The notes beneath the pieces were generated by a model, which searched no databases, was not told the DNA's origin, and was given only the letters and a program-made list of their open reading frames with translations. From Terracidiphilus sp. (GTDB taxonomy: Bacteria; Acidobacteriota; Terriglobia; Terriglobales; Acidobacteriaceae), in contig DASXFF010000154.1 of assembly GCA_036489735.1 (NCBI GenBank), forward strand, positions 494 to 64,493: a DNA stretch of 64,000 nt, in the 5' to 3' direction. Positions 28,987 to 38,750 of this stretch are shown here, piece by piece. How positions within the stretch are numbered: the stretch's first letter is position 1; every line of letters begins with the position of its first letter. The position numbers were made by a program, and so were the translations under genes.

Positions 28987-30243
28987 ATGCCGTTAGAACC
29001 CATGAAGAACATTCCCGCACGAGGCGGGATCGACTTCGATGAAACGCCATTCCTCGCTATTTGGGAAGTGACGCAGTCCTGTGATCTGGCATGCAAACAC
29101 TGCCGCGCAGCCGCGCAGCCCATTCCGCATCCTGATGAGTTGACGCACGAGGAAGGCAAGGCGCTGATCGACCAGATTGCCGACATGCACATTCCAATTT
29201 TCGTTTTCACAGGCGGCGATCCGTTGAAGCGGAAGGATCTTTTTGAGTTGATCCGCTACGCGGCCAGCAAAGACGTTCGCGTTGCCGTAACTCCCAGCGC
29301 GACGCCGTTGTTGACTCGCGAGGCGATTTTCAAGATGAAGGAAGCCGGGCTGGTCCGACTGGGCATCTCGCTCGATGGGTCGAGCCCCGAGATTCACGAT
29401 GCGTTCCGCGGATTGCCGGGAGCGTGGGCGCGCACCATTCAAGCCATCGAGTGGGCCAATGAAGCAGGCATTCCGATCCAGGTACACACAACCGTGAGCC
29501 GCCACAACGTGCACGACCTGGACAACCTTTGCGATTTGTTCGAAAAGCTGGCCATCGTGATGTGGAATGTGTTCTTTCTGGTTCCGGTAGGGCGCGGTCA
29601 GCTGGATGATTTGCTCAGCGGCGAGGAGTTCGAGCAGGTTTTCGGAAAGATTTACGAACTTTCGCGGCGGGCGAACTTCCAGATCAAAACCACGGAAGCG
29701 ATGCACTATCGCCGGTACCTGCTGCAGCACAACCTGGAAGAGAAGCGCATGGGGCATGGCGCAGCGAACGGAAATGGCAACGTTCCGGGACACGGGAAAA
29801 GCTCGGGGCACGCGCATGCGGCGGCGTATGAAGCGGGCGCGCCGACGGCCGATGCCGCCACGCGGAACCGAAGCTGGGCCACGCGGCGGGTGAACGACGG
29901 CAAAGGATTCGTGTTCATTTCGCACATGGGGAATGTGTATCCGAGTGGTTTCCTGCCGATTCATGCGGGAAATATTCGCGAGAAGCCGCTGGGCGAGATC
30001 TATCGCAACGCGCCGATCTTCAAGGCGCTGCGCGATACCGGGCGGCTCGAGGGCAAGTGTGGTGCGTGCGAGTTCAAGGAGATCTGCGGTGGGTCGAGGG
30101 CGCGGGCGTACGCTTTGACCGGCGACCCGCTGGCGCAGGAGCCCTGCTGCATTTACCAGCCGAAGAACTGGGATGCGGCGCTGGACAGCCAAGCAGATAC
30201 CTACCGGCACATCATGAATCAAGGAGCGCTGGTGACGCTGTAG
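28987..30243 (+). CDS. Radical SAM/SPASM protein of the AhbD/NirJ-like heme-biosynthesis group
   Basis: IWEVTQSCDLACKHCRA, TGGDPL, SLDG, GKCGACEF..ICGGSRARAYA..GD. Confidence 0.85.
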   Translation: MPLEPMKNIPARGGIDFDETPFLAIWEVTQSCDLACKHCRAAAQPIPHPDELTHEEGKALIDQIADMHIPIFVFTGGDPLKRKDLFELIRYAASKDVRVAVTPSATPLLTREAIFKMKEAGLVRLGISLDGSSPEIHDAFRGLPGAWARTIQAIEWANEAGIPIQVHTTVSRHNVHDLDNLCDLFEKLAIVMWNVFFLVPVGRGQLDDLLSGEEFEQVFGKIYELSRRANFQIKTTEAMHYRRYLLQHNLEEKRMGHGAANGNGNVPGHGKSSGHAHAAAYEAGAPTADAATRNRSWATRRVNDGKGFVFISHMGNVYPSGFLPIHAGNIREKPLGEIYRNAPIFKALRDTGRLEGKCGACEFKEICGGSRARAYALTGDPLAQEPCCIYQPKNWDAALDSQADTYRHIMNQGALVTL

Positions 30244-30331
30244 AAGGCAGCTTTCAAACCTCAGCTTCAGGCGCGACTGTGTGTTTTGCCTTTGAAACAA
30301 CGGTCGCCTGTGTGAGCCGATGGGTCGCGCT

Positions 30332-31075
30332 CTATTCCCAGCGAAAAACCTTAGCCGAAAGCGCCGTAAACAGCAGGAAGAACAGCATCAGTATCGCCAC
30401 ATCGCCCATGTGAGCTGACCATGGGTTGCCGTCCCAAATGCCTTCGAGCAGGTTTACCGCGTAGTTCATTGGCGATAAATGCGCCAGAACGCGAAACACA
30501 GGCGGGAATGATGCGACGGGCGCAAACAATCCCGAGAGCCCAACCATCGGATACAACACCACAGCTCCGATCGGTTGCGCGAATCGCGCGGTGGGGACGA
30601 TGCTGGCGATGAAAAAACCAATGGAGAGTATGCTCCAGGTGCTGATGACCAAGGCAACCATGAAGGAGAAGATTGGGGGGTGGACGCCTGGCGGAATGTA
30701 GCGCTTGCCGGCCAGAACCATCAGCAGCAATGTTGCAGCCGTCAGCAAGAGCTTTACGAGGACGTGCGCACCCAGAATGGTTTGCGGCCGCAGCGGCGTG
30801 GCGCGCAACCTCTTCAGGATGCCGCCCTCGCGATAGATGGAAATGATGGTTACCAGTGAAAGCACCGCACTGATGGCGATCAGAATGGACGCCATGACCG
30901 GAAGGCCGACTCGGGCAAAATTGCTCATCGAAAGCGCCTGCGATTTTGAGGTCATCGCCCGGCCGACCAGGACAAATACCAGCACCGGCACCACAATCGT
31001 CCCGATCGCCCCCAGCGGCTCGCGCATGAAGATCTTGATTTCGATCCAGGTGAGTTTACCCAATCCACGAAACAT
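30332..31075 (-). CDS. ABC-2 type transporter permease
   Basis: Six TM segments, YREGGILKRLRATP, FRWE terminus. Confidence 0.9.
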   Translation of the reverse strand: MFRGLGKLTWIEIKIFMREPLGAIGTIVVPVLVFVLVGRAMTSKSQALSMSNFARVGLPVMASILIAISAVLSLVTIISIYREGGILKRLRATPLRPQTILGAHVLVKLLLTAATLLLMVLAGKRYIPPGVHPPIFSFMVALVISTWSILSIGFFIASIVPTARFAQPIGAVVLYPMVGLSGLFAPVASFPPVFRVLAHLSPMNYAVNLLEGIWDGNPWSAHMGDVAILMLFFLLFTALSAKVFRWE

Positions 31076-31086
31076 CGTAATTCTTC

Positions 31087-32001
31087 CTACTCCCGAATAG
31101 AGTGGCCGGTCAGCTTGATGAAAACGTCCTCAAGGTTGGGAAAAATGGCACGAAAATCGGTGACACGTACCCGATTTTCTGACAGGCAGTGAATCACTTC
31201 AGTCACCAGATCGCCGTGTCCGCAAATCGTGAGTTGATTTCCCTTGCGCTCGACACTATCCACGCATGGAATCAACTTGAAGCGTTCCGCGACGCCTGGT
31301 TCGCTGACCTCAATCACAACCGTACGTTCAGGACAGTGCCTCAGCACCAGGTTCGCGGGCTTATCGATGTCGATGATGCGCCCATGCTCCATGACGGCCA
31401 CGCGATCGCACAGCCTTTCAGCCTCTTCCATCAAGTGCGTCGTGAGGAAGACCGTTTTTCCGCGTTCGCGAATGCTGCGTACCAGATCCCAAATTGCGCG
31501 GCGCGACTGCGGATCGAGTCCGGTAGTCAGCTCGTCAAGAAACACGACTTCTGGATCGTTGATGAGCGCCAGCGCGATGAATAGCCGCTGCTTCTGGCCA
31601 CCAGAGAGATTTATGAACCAGGCGTTGCGCTTGTCCTCAAGACCGAGCTGCTCCAGCAGCCGATCCCCATCGGCGGTCTTTTTCCGATAAAGCGTGGCCC
31701 ACAGATCCACCGCTTCCCAAACCTTGATTCGCTTCTGCAACTGCGCCTGCTGCAGCTGTACGCCAATGCGGCTTTGGAGTTTGTAGACATCGCGGAAGGG
31801 GTCAAGCGACAGCACAGAGATCGAGCCGCGGTCTGGCTTGCGCAGGCCCTCAATGCATTCCATTGTGGTTGTTTTTCCGGCACCGTTTGGACCGATCAGG
31901 CCAAAGATCTCACCCTCGTTGACTTCAAACGAGGCTTCTGCCACAGCAACCGTCTTGCCGTAGCTCTTGCCGATTCCGGACACCTGGATGACAGGGCGCA
32001 T
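31087..32001 (-). CDS. ABC transporter ATP-binding protein
   Basis: GPNGAGKTT, LSGGQKQR, VFLDE, TTH. Confidence 0.95.
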   Translation of the reverse strand: MRPVIQVSGIGKSYGKTVAVAEASFEVNEGEIFGLIGPNGAGKTTTMECIEGLRKPDRGSISVLSLDPFRDVYKLQSRIGVQLQQAQLQKRIKVWEAVDLWATLYRKKTADGDRLLEQLGLEDKRNAWFINLSGGQKQRLFIALALINDPEVVFLDELTTGLDPQSRRAIWDLVRSIRERGKTVFLTTHLMEEAERLCDRVAVMEHGRIIDIDKPANLVLRHCPERTVVIEVSEPGVAERFKLIPCVDSVERKGNQLTICGHGDLVTEVIHCLSENRVRVTDFRAIFPNLEDVFIKLTGHSIRE

Positions 32002-32042
32002 CGTGTCTGTGAAGGTTTACCTGGACTGATGCGCAGTGTATC

Positions 32043-33086
32043 TCAGTGTCCGGCGGAGTGGGCGTCGACTTTGCCTTTAAAGCGCGAATAAACAAAGACC
32101 ACATAGCCGATGGCGAGAGCCATACCGACGAGCCACCACGCGAGGCCCACCGCCAGGGTGTGCGGGCCGCTGATAGCGCGGGCAAGGGTGATGTCGTTGG
32201 CCGAGCCGGTGGAGGCGGGCAGCAGAACGGGATAGACTCCCCAACATGCGCCGGCCAGCATGAAAAAGAGGTAGCAGCAGGAGGCGAGAAACGCTTTCAA
32301 TGGGCTGCCATTCCGGTTGAAAAACCAGATCGCACCCAGAGCGCCGATTACGCCGGCGGGAATGATGAATGTGATTGGGTAGTGAAAGTAGTTGTCGAGG
32401 CTGGCGGGTCGCACGGCAATGGTGGCGACCAGGCTGACGATGGTGAGCGCGGCAAGCAGCAGGAGCAGCGGCGCAACCCGGCTGCGCGCACGCTGCTCGA
32501 GATCACCTGAGGTCTTGAGCGAGAGCCACAAGGCGCCGTGCAGGGTGAGAGCAACCAGTGCTACCAGGCCGCCGATGACCGTATACCAATCGAGAATGCC
32601 GGGTGCGGGGCCGGGCTGCCAGTTGGTCCAAAGGGGCAGAAAGAAATCTCCATTGGCGTTGAGCGGCACGCCACGCAACACGTTGGCGAGGGCAGCGCCC
32701 AGGAAAATGGTGAGCAGCAGGCTGGCCATGCCGAAGATACCGTCGAGCAGTGATTGCCATACGCCGACATCGATGTGATTGCGTAGCTCAAGGCTGATGC
32801 CGCGCAGCACGAGAAGCCATAGCACGATCATGAGTGGCAGATAGAAGCCTGAGAAGGCCGACGCGTAAAGCAGAGGGAAGGCAAAGTAAAGAGTGCCGCC
32901 CCCCGCGAGCAGCCAGACCTCGTTGCCATCCCACACAGGGCCGATGGAGGCGAGAATGGTCTTGCGTTCCTGGTCGTTACGCGCGAGCACAAGGTGCAGC
33001 ACGCCGGCGCCGAGGTCGAAGCCGTCGAGCACAACATAGCCGACGATCATTATGGCAACGAGCCAGAACCAGACAAAACCCATCAT
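32043..33086 (-). CDS. cydB: Cytochrome bd ubiquinol oxidase subunit II
   Basis: VLDGFDLG, GPVWDGNEVWL motifs. Confidence 0.95.
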   Translation of the reverse strand: MMGFVWFWLVAIMIVGYVVLDGFDLGAGVLHLVLARNDQERKTILASIGPVWDGNEVWLLAGGGTLYFAFPLLYASAFSGFYLPLMIVLWLLVLRGISLELRNHIDVGVWQSLLDGIFGMASLLLTIFLGAALANVLRGVPLNANGDFFLPLWTNWQPGPAPGILDWYTVIGGLVALVALTLHGALWLSLKTSGDLEQRARSRVAPLLLLLAALTIVSLVATIAVRPASLDNYFHYPITFIIPAGVIGALGAIWFFNRNGSPLKAFLASCCYLFFMLAGACWGVYPVLLPASTGSANDITLARAISGPHTLAVGLAWWLVGMALAIGYVVFVYSRFKGKVDAHSAGH

Positions 33087-33119
33087 GAGCAAACTCCTTC
33101 AGGCAAAAAGGCACGAAGT

Positions 33120-33150
33120 GTCAGGGCATGACTTCAGTCATGCCGATAAA
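33120..33150. repeat. Short REP-like palindrome between cydA and cydB
   Basis: GGCATGACT-TC-AGTCATGCC. Confidence 0.6.
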
Positions 33151-33302
33151 GCCACCCAAACGGCGGAGACCTGTCGTTGGGACTCCGGCAAGTGTCCTGA
33201 CGCTTCGGGCATTTCCTCAAGCCACCGTACAAATTGCGTTCTGGCTTTTTAGTCCGTAGTTCGCAGTTATTGCGTTTGAAAATGAACCAGGAACGGTTTC
33301 TT

Positions 33303-34652
33303 TCAATCTGCCGGCATAGCTTCGGCAGCAGGAATTTTTGGCTCGGGGCCGTTCGAGATTTCGCGATAAATGAGCACCGTAAACAGCAATCCGAGCAGCG
33401 TGTAAAGGCCCATGAAACCGATCAGAGTAAACAATCCATTGCTGGCGGAGACGACATTTGAGTAGCCTTCGCTGGTGCGCATAAGCCCATAAATGAGCCA
33501 GGGCTGGCGGCCAAGCTCGGCGGTCAACCAACCGGCGGTGTTGGCGATATACGGCAGCGGAAAGCTGAGCAGCAGCGCCCACAGCACCCAGCGCGAAGTG
33601 GCAAGGCGACCGCGCCAAAGCAAAAACGCCGCAACAATCATGAGCAGGACGAACCAGGTTCCAAGCCCTGCCATGATGTGGTAGGCGTAGAAAAGCAACG
33701 GCAGCGCGGTTGGCCGCTGATCCTGCGGAAATTGATCGAGGCCCTTCACCTCCGCCTTGGTAGTGCCGTAGATCAGGAAGCTCAGCACATTATTGATCAC
33801 GATGGGATTGTCGATCTGGCCGGTTTCTTCATTGGGCTGGCCCACGAGGACAATTCCCGCTCCGGTCTCGGTCTTGAACAGTCCCTCCATGGCGGCGATG
33901 GCGGCCGGCTGGTTGCTTGCAACGTATTTTCCGGCCAGATCGCCCGTGGGAAAAATGATGACGATGGACGAAATGACACCGGCGATGACTCCGACCTTGA
34001 GAAAGATGCGAGCGTAATCCTCGCGCCGGCCCTCCAGCAGATAAAACGCGCCCACGGCGGCCATGACAAACGAGCCGGTCACGACCGCGCCGGTCATATT
34101 GTGCATGTACTGCAGCAGTCCCCACGGATTGAGAAGCAGTTGCCAGAAACTAAGCACCTCAAATTGTCCGTTGGGCAATCGATCGTAGGCCACGGGATGC
34201 TGCATCCACGCGTCCGTGACAATGATGAAGAAGCCGGAGATCCACGATCCGAGAAACACCATCACGGCGGAGAACCAATGGGTGAGGCGCGAGATGCGCT
34301 TTTCGCCGTAGAGAAAGAGGCCGAGAAATGCCGACTCGAGAAAAAAGCTGAAGACGCCTTCCATCGCGAGGGGCTGGCCGATCACGCCGCCCGAGAGCCG
34401 CGAGAAACGCGCCCAGTTGGTGCCGAACTCGAACTCCATGGGAATGCCGGTGACCACGCCGAAGACAAAGTTGATGGCGAAGATTCGGCCCCAGAAGCGG
34501 GCCGCGCGGTCCCATGTTTCGTTGCCCGTGCGCAGCGCCACCGTTTTCAGCACTACAATCAGCAGGGCCAGGCCCATGGTAAGTTGCGGAAACAGATAAT
34601 GGAATGTGATGGTAAAGGCAAAGTGCAGCCGGTGGATCAACTCGGCGGTCAT
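33303..34652 (-). CDS. cydA: Cytochrome bd ubiquinol oxidase subunit I
   Basis: FHYLF, EFGTNW, AWMQHP, AAMEG, AELGRQPW; ATG 34652 after AGGAGG. Confidence 0.95.
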   Translation of the reverse strand: MTAELIHRLHFAFTITFHYLFPQLTMGLALLIVVLKTVALRTGNETWDRAARFWGRIFAINFVFGVVTGIPMEFEFGTNWARFSRLSGGVIGQPLAMEGVFSFFLESAFLGLFLYGEKRISRLTHWFSAVMVFLGSWISGFFIIVTDAWMQHPVAYDRLPNGQFEVLSFWQLLLNPWGLLQYMHNMTGAVVTGSFVMAAVGAFYLLEGRREDYARIFLKVGVIAGVISSIVIIFPTGDLAGKYVASNQPAAIAAMEGLFKTETGAGIVLVGQPNEETGQIDNPIVINNVLSFLIYGTTKAEVKGLDQFPQDQRPTALPLLFYAYHIMAGLGTWFVLLMIVAAFLLWRGRLATSRWVLWALLLSFPLPYIANTAGWLTAELGRQPWLIYGLMRTSEGYSNVVSASNGLFTLIGFMGLYTLLGLLFTVLIYREISNGPEPKIPAAEAMPAD

Positions 34653-34801
34653 CAAAAGACCTCCTGCTCGAGGGGACGCGGAGAGGTGAGAAGAGCGGGC
34701 GTCCGGTGTTGAGGTTAGAAAATGAAACGAAGATTGCGCACTTCGAGTATCAACCTGCGGAACAAGTCGAGTGTAGCCTAACCGGAAGCTGAAGCTCCTC
34801 C

Positions 34802-34817
34802 AGTGATTTCGATCACT
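34802..34817. promoter_or_regulatory. CRP/FNR-family box between divergent cydA and hemG
   Basis: AGTGA-TTTCGA-TCACT. Confidence 0.55.
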
Positions 34818-34943
34818 TGTGAGGGGCAGGCCGGCTTTGATTCTATGGGTAGGCTGGTCATGAATCGAAGGGCTGGTTAGTTTCCTTCCCACATCGCCGG
34901 ACGCCGCAAATGGCTGTAAACAGGTTGTGAGGTCAAATAAAAA

Positions 34944-36410
34944 ATGCGGATTGCGATCATCGGCGGAGGGATTGCGGGGCTGGCGGCGGCCTATGAACTG
35001 GAAAAGACGCGCGCAGCTGGAGCCTCCATCGACTACACGCTCTTCGAGGAGCGAGAACGGCTGGGCGGATCGCTGGCTTCGCAGATTGTGAACGGTGCGG
35101 TGCTGGAGCGCGGACCGGATTCGTTCTTAACCGAGAAGCCGGCGGCGGCGGAGTTGTGCCGCGAGCTCGGGCTGGGCGGCGAGTTGCTCCCTTCCAATGA
35201 CGCCGAGCGCAAGACCTATATTGTCGTCCGCAACAGGCTGGTGGCGCTTCCCGATGGGCTGATGTTTCTGGTGCCGACCAAACTGCTACCCACCGCGCTG
35301 ACTCGGCTGTTTGGAGTTGGCACCAAAATCCGCATGGGACTGGAGTTGCTGCATCCTCCGCGGCCCAGCGGAGGCGACGAATCTGTGGCGGCGTTGGTGA
35401 GGCGGCACTTTGGGCAAGAAGCCGTGAACCGGCTGGCCGATCCATTGCTGAGCGGGATTTATGGCGGAGATGCCGAGCAGCTGAGCGCACAAACTGTGCT
35501 GCCGCGGCTGGTGGAAATGGAGACGAAATACGGTTCGCTGACGCGTGGAATGCTGGCGGCGCACAAGCGGATGAGAGAGGCAGCGAAGAGTTCGTCAAGC
35601 CCTCGAAACGGCGGAGCCGCAATTTTTACGGCTTTGCGTGGCGGCATGAGCCAGCTGGTGGATGCGCTGGCGGCGCGGATCGATGGTGCGAGCTTGCGCA
35701 CGGGAACGCCGGTGAGAGCGATCAGAAAAACGAGCAGCGGCTGGAGCGTGGAGGCCGGCGGCGCGATGGAAGAAGGCGCCGACGCCCTGGAATATGACGC
35801 GATCATTATGGCGGCGCCGGCCTGGGCAGCCGGTGCGCTTCTGGGGCCGGTTGACGCAACACTGGGCACGGAGCTTGGCGGCATTCCGTATTCGTCATCA
35901 ATCACGATGAATCTGGTGTACGACGAAGCAAAGATCGGCGCATTGCCTGAGGGCTTCGGGTTTCTGGTTCCGGCGGTGGAGGGCCGAGCGATGCTGGCAT
36001 GCACGTTTGTGCATCGCAAGTTTTTGGGACGGACGCCTCCGGGCAGGGCGGTATTTCGCGCTTTTCTGGGAGGAATGAATCGAGAGTTGCTGCTGGGCGA
36101 GAGCGACGATGTTCTCGTGTCGACTGTGCGGCGCGAGATGAGCGAGATTCTGGGCGCGAAGGTTTTCAGCGCCGCGATTGAGCCAGAACATGCGCAGGTT
36201 TCGCGGTGGCGGCGGGCGATGGCGCAATACGCGGTTGGGCACAAGGAACGAATGCAGCGGATCAGCGCGCGCATTGCCGAGCTGCCGGGGCTGCGGCTGG
36301 TGGGAAATGCCTACGACGGCATCGGGGTTCCGGACTGTATCCGGCTGGGGCGGCAGGCAGCGCGGGAACTGGCGGGGACGGGCGCTGCGGTGAGTGTCGC
36401 AAAGATTTAA
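34944..36410 (+). CDS. hemG: HemY-type proto-/coproporphyrinogen oxidase
   Basis: IIGGGIAGL FAD motif, LERGPDSF, PLLSGIYGGD, GFGFLVP, GIGVPDCI. Confidence 0.92.
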   Translation: MRIAIIGGGIAGLAAAYELEKTRAAGASIDYTLFEERERLGGSLASQIVNGAVLERGPDSFLTEKPAAAELCRELGLGGELLPSNDAERKTYIVVRNRLVALPDGLMFLVPTKLLPTALTRLFGVGTKIRMGLELLHPPRPSGGDESVAALVRRHFGQEAVNRLADPLLSGIYGGDAEQLSAQTVLPRLVEMETKYGSLTRGMLAAHKRMREAAKSSSSPRNGGAAIFTALRGGMSQLVDALAARIDGASLRTGTPVRAIRKTSSGWSVEAGGAMEEGADALEYDAIIMAAPAWAAGALLGPVDATLGTELGGIPYSSSITMNLVYDEAKIGALPEGFGFLVPAVEGRAMLACTFVHRKFLGRTPPGRAVFRAFLGGMNRELLLGESDDVLVSTVRREMSEILGAKVFSAAIEPEHAQVSRWRRAMAQYAVGHKERMQRISARIAELPGLRLVGNAYDGIGVPDCIRLGRQAARELAGTGAAVSVAKI

Positions 36411-36433
36411 GTTTCTAACCGAGCCGGCTTTTT

Positions 36434-36470
36434 AGTATCCCAGCTCTCAAAAGCGAGACCTGCGGCACCG
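36434..36470. repeat. REP-like element
   Basis: ATCCCAGCTCTCAAAAGCGAGACCTGCGGCACC, similar to the 51802 copy. Confidence 0.6.
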
Positions 36471-36546
36471 ATGGGTCATTAGAAATCAAGCGGCAAAAGA
36501 CCCCGGATCGGACTCATGTTCATCCCTCGTATACTCGACTAAGAGT

Positions 36547-37371
36547 ATGACGAGCGGCACCGACACATTTCTTGCGACGATATTGGCGTCGACGCGCACG
36601 ACATTGGCGGCGGCGAAGGCCGATGTGCCTTTGGCTGATCTGGAACACCGGGCGGCCGAGCATCGCCCGCGCGGATGGGCTGCTGCATTGCGCCGCAAGG
36701 CCGGGACGGGACCCGCGGTGATCGCGGAGATCAAGAAAGCGTCTCCTTCAAAGGGGCTGATTCGCGCTGCATTCGACCCGGCGTGGCTGGCGCGGCGCTA
36801 TCGAGCGGGAGGGGCGGCTGCGCTTTCTGTGCTGACCGACGAGCCTTATTTTCAGGGCAGCCTGCGCAACCTGGAAATGGCGTCTGCTGCCGCGCCGCTG
36901 CCGTGCCTGCGTAAGGATTTCATCGTCGACGAGTATCAGATTGTAGAAGCGCGCGCACACCGTGCCGATGCGATTCTGCTGATTGCCGCCGCGCTTGACG
37001 GCTCAGAATTGAAGCGGCTGGCGCAGGCTGCACGATCGCTCATGCTGGACGTGCTGGTAGAGGTCCACACCGCGGAAGAATTGGACGGTGTTCTCGACGC
37101 GCTGGGCGAAACAGGCGCGGATGCGATCGGCGTGAACAATCGCGATTTGAAAACCTTCGAGGTGAGCGCGGAAACTTCCATCGCGCTGGCCGCGCGGATT
37201 CCGGCGAGCGTGGTGCGCGTGACGGAGAGCGGAATCTCGACGCGCGAGGACATTGCGCGGCTGCAGAAAGCCGGCTTCGACGCGTTTCTGATCGGCGAAA
37301 GCCTGATGCGGCAGCCGGACCCCGGCGTGGCGCTTAGTGAATTGATAAAGAAGGCCGCGGGCGAATCATGA
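36547..37371 (+). CDS. trpC: Indole-3-glycerol phosphate synthase
   Basis: IAEIKKASPSKG, SVLTD, LRKDF, GVNNRDL, ESGI. Confidence 0.96.
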   Translation: MTSGTDTFLATILASTRTTLAAAKADVPLADLEHRAAEHRPRGWAAALRRKAGTGPAVIAEIKKASPSKGLIRAAFDPAWLARRYRAGGAAALSVLTDEPYFQGSLRNLEMASAAAPLPCLRKDFIVDEYQIVEARAHRADAILLIAAALDGSELKRLAQAARSLMLDVLVEVHTAEELDGVLDALGETGADAIGVNNRDLKTFEVSAETSIALAARIPASVVRVTESGISTREDIARLQKAGFDAFLIGESLMRQPDPGVALSELIKKAAGES

Positions 37372-38039
37372 GCCTCTGGATCAAAATTTGCGCCAACACT
37401 TCGCTCGTGGATGCAATGGTGGCTGCTGAGGCGGGAGCCGATGCAGTGGGATTTGTGTTTGCGCCCAGCCCTCGCCGCATTACGGCAGAGCAGGTGGCGG
37501 CGATTGTGCCGCATTTGCCGGCGCAGCTTGAGAAGATCGGCGTGTTTGTGGGCGCGGGGTTCGATGAGATTGCGACGATCGCGGAGGAAGCGGGCCTGAC
37601 CGGCGTGCAGTTGCATTCGAATGTAACGGCGCAGGAAACTGCGAAGTTGCGCACGCGGTTTGGTTCGAGGCTGAAGATTTTGCGCGTCGTGCACTTTGAA
37701 GCAGGCGCGGTGGAACATGCGACTGCTGCCGCACTGGATCCGAGTGTGGATGGGATTCTGGTCGATTCAAGAACGGCAACGGCGGTGGGCGGAACGGGAA
37801 AAACCTACGATTGGACCGTTGCCCGCACGGCTCTTTTCCAAAACACAAAAGTGCGCAAACACCTCATCGCGGCGGGTGGCCTGACGCCCGAAAACGTCGC
37901 CGAGGCCATCGGCATTTTGTGCCCGTGGGGCGTGGATGTGGTGAGCGGCGTGGAAGCTGCACCGGGGCGAAAAGATCCGGCTAAAGTCCGCGCATTCATC
38001 GCGAATGTGAAGGCAGCGCAGGCGCGAACTTCTGCGTAA
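37368..38039 (+). CDS. trpF: Phosphoribosylanthranilate isomerase
   Basis: WIKICA, GFVFAPSPR, VQLH, GGTG, AGGL, VDVVSGVE; ATGA overlap with trpC. Confidence 0.95.
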   Translation: MSLWIKICANTSLVDAMVAAEAGADAVGFVFAPSPRRITAEQVAAIVPHLPAQLEKIGVFVGAGFDEIATIAEEAGLTGVQLHSNVTAQETAKLRTRFGSRLKILRVVHFEAGAVEHATAAALDPSVDGILVDSRTATAVGGTGKTYDWTVARTALFQNTKVRKHLIAAGGLTPENVAEAIGILCPWGVDVVSGVEAAPGRKDPAKVRAFIANVKAAQARTSA

Positions 38040-38161
38040 GGGCTCCAGTTGCAGGATGCAACTTCCGGAACGAAATAGACATAAACCTTAAGAGAGAATT
38101 GGCGCGTCCTGTGCGTGGCTGGAAACATCAAAAGTTCAGACGAGAGTTCCTGGAGGTTTAT

Positions 38162-38713
38162 ATGGCTACCTATCTTCCCCCCATCGAAAAGCCGCAAGGA
38201 TTTATCACCAAGATGGCCTACGCCGGAACGCGGCGGCAGTTCGGCAAGGTGCTGACACCGGTCAAGGTAGTGTACTCGCGCATGCCGGCGGCGTTTGGCA
38301 TGTTTGTTTCAAAAATTGCCAAGCTGGATAAAAAGCTGGAGTTGCCCCAGGAGACGCAGATGCTGGTGCGCGAGCGCGTGGCACGCATCAATGTGTGCGA
38401 GTTCTGCATCGACATTGGGCGCTACTTCGCCATCAAGTCGGGAATGGACGCCGCCAAGTTCGATGCGATGGACAACTATGCTACAAACCCGCTTTTTACT
38501 GAAGCCGAGCGCGCGCTGCTTGATTACGTGACCGAGCTGACGCGCGACAAGAATGTGAAGCCCGAGACCTTTGAGCGACTCGCGAAGCACTATTCTGAGC
38601 GAGCGATTTGCGAAATTGTGTGGCTGGCGGCTACTGAACATGTGTACAACATCACGAATATCGGGCTGAACATTCATTCCGACATGCTCTGCGACATCAG
38701 CAAGAAAAAGTAG
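38162..38713 (+). CDS. Carboxymuconolactone decarboxylase/AhpD-family protein
   Basis: VARINVCEFCID, LFTEAERALLDY; GGAGG RBS. Confidence 0.85.
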   Translation: MATYLPPIEKPQGFITKMAYAGTRRQFGKVLTPVKVVYSRMPAAFGMFVSKIAKLDKKLELPQETQMLVRERVARINVCEFCIDIGRYFAIKSGMDAAKFDAMDNYATNPLFTEAERALLDYVTELTRDKNVKPETFERLAKHYSERAICEIVWLAATEHVYNITNIGLNIHSDMLCDISKKK

Positions 38714-38750
38714 CCGCAAGCGCCGACAGCATTTCTGATGGACGAAGCCG

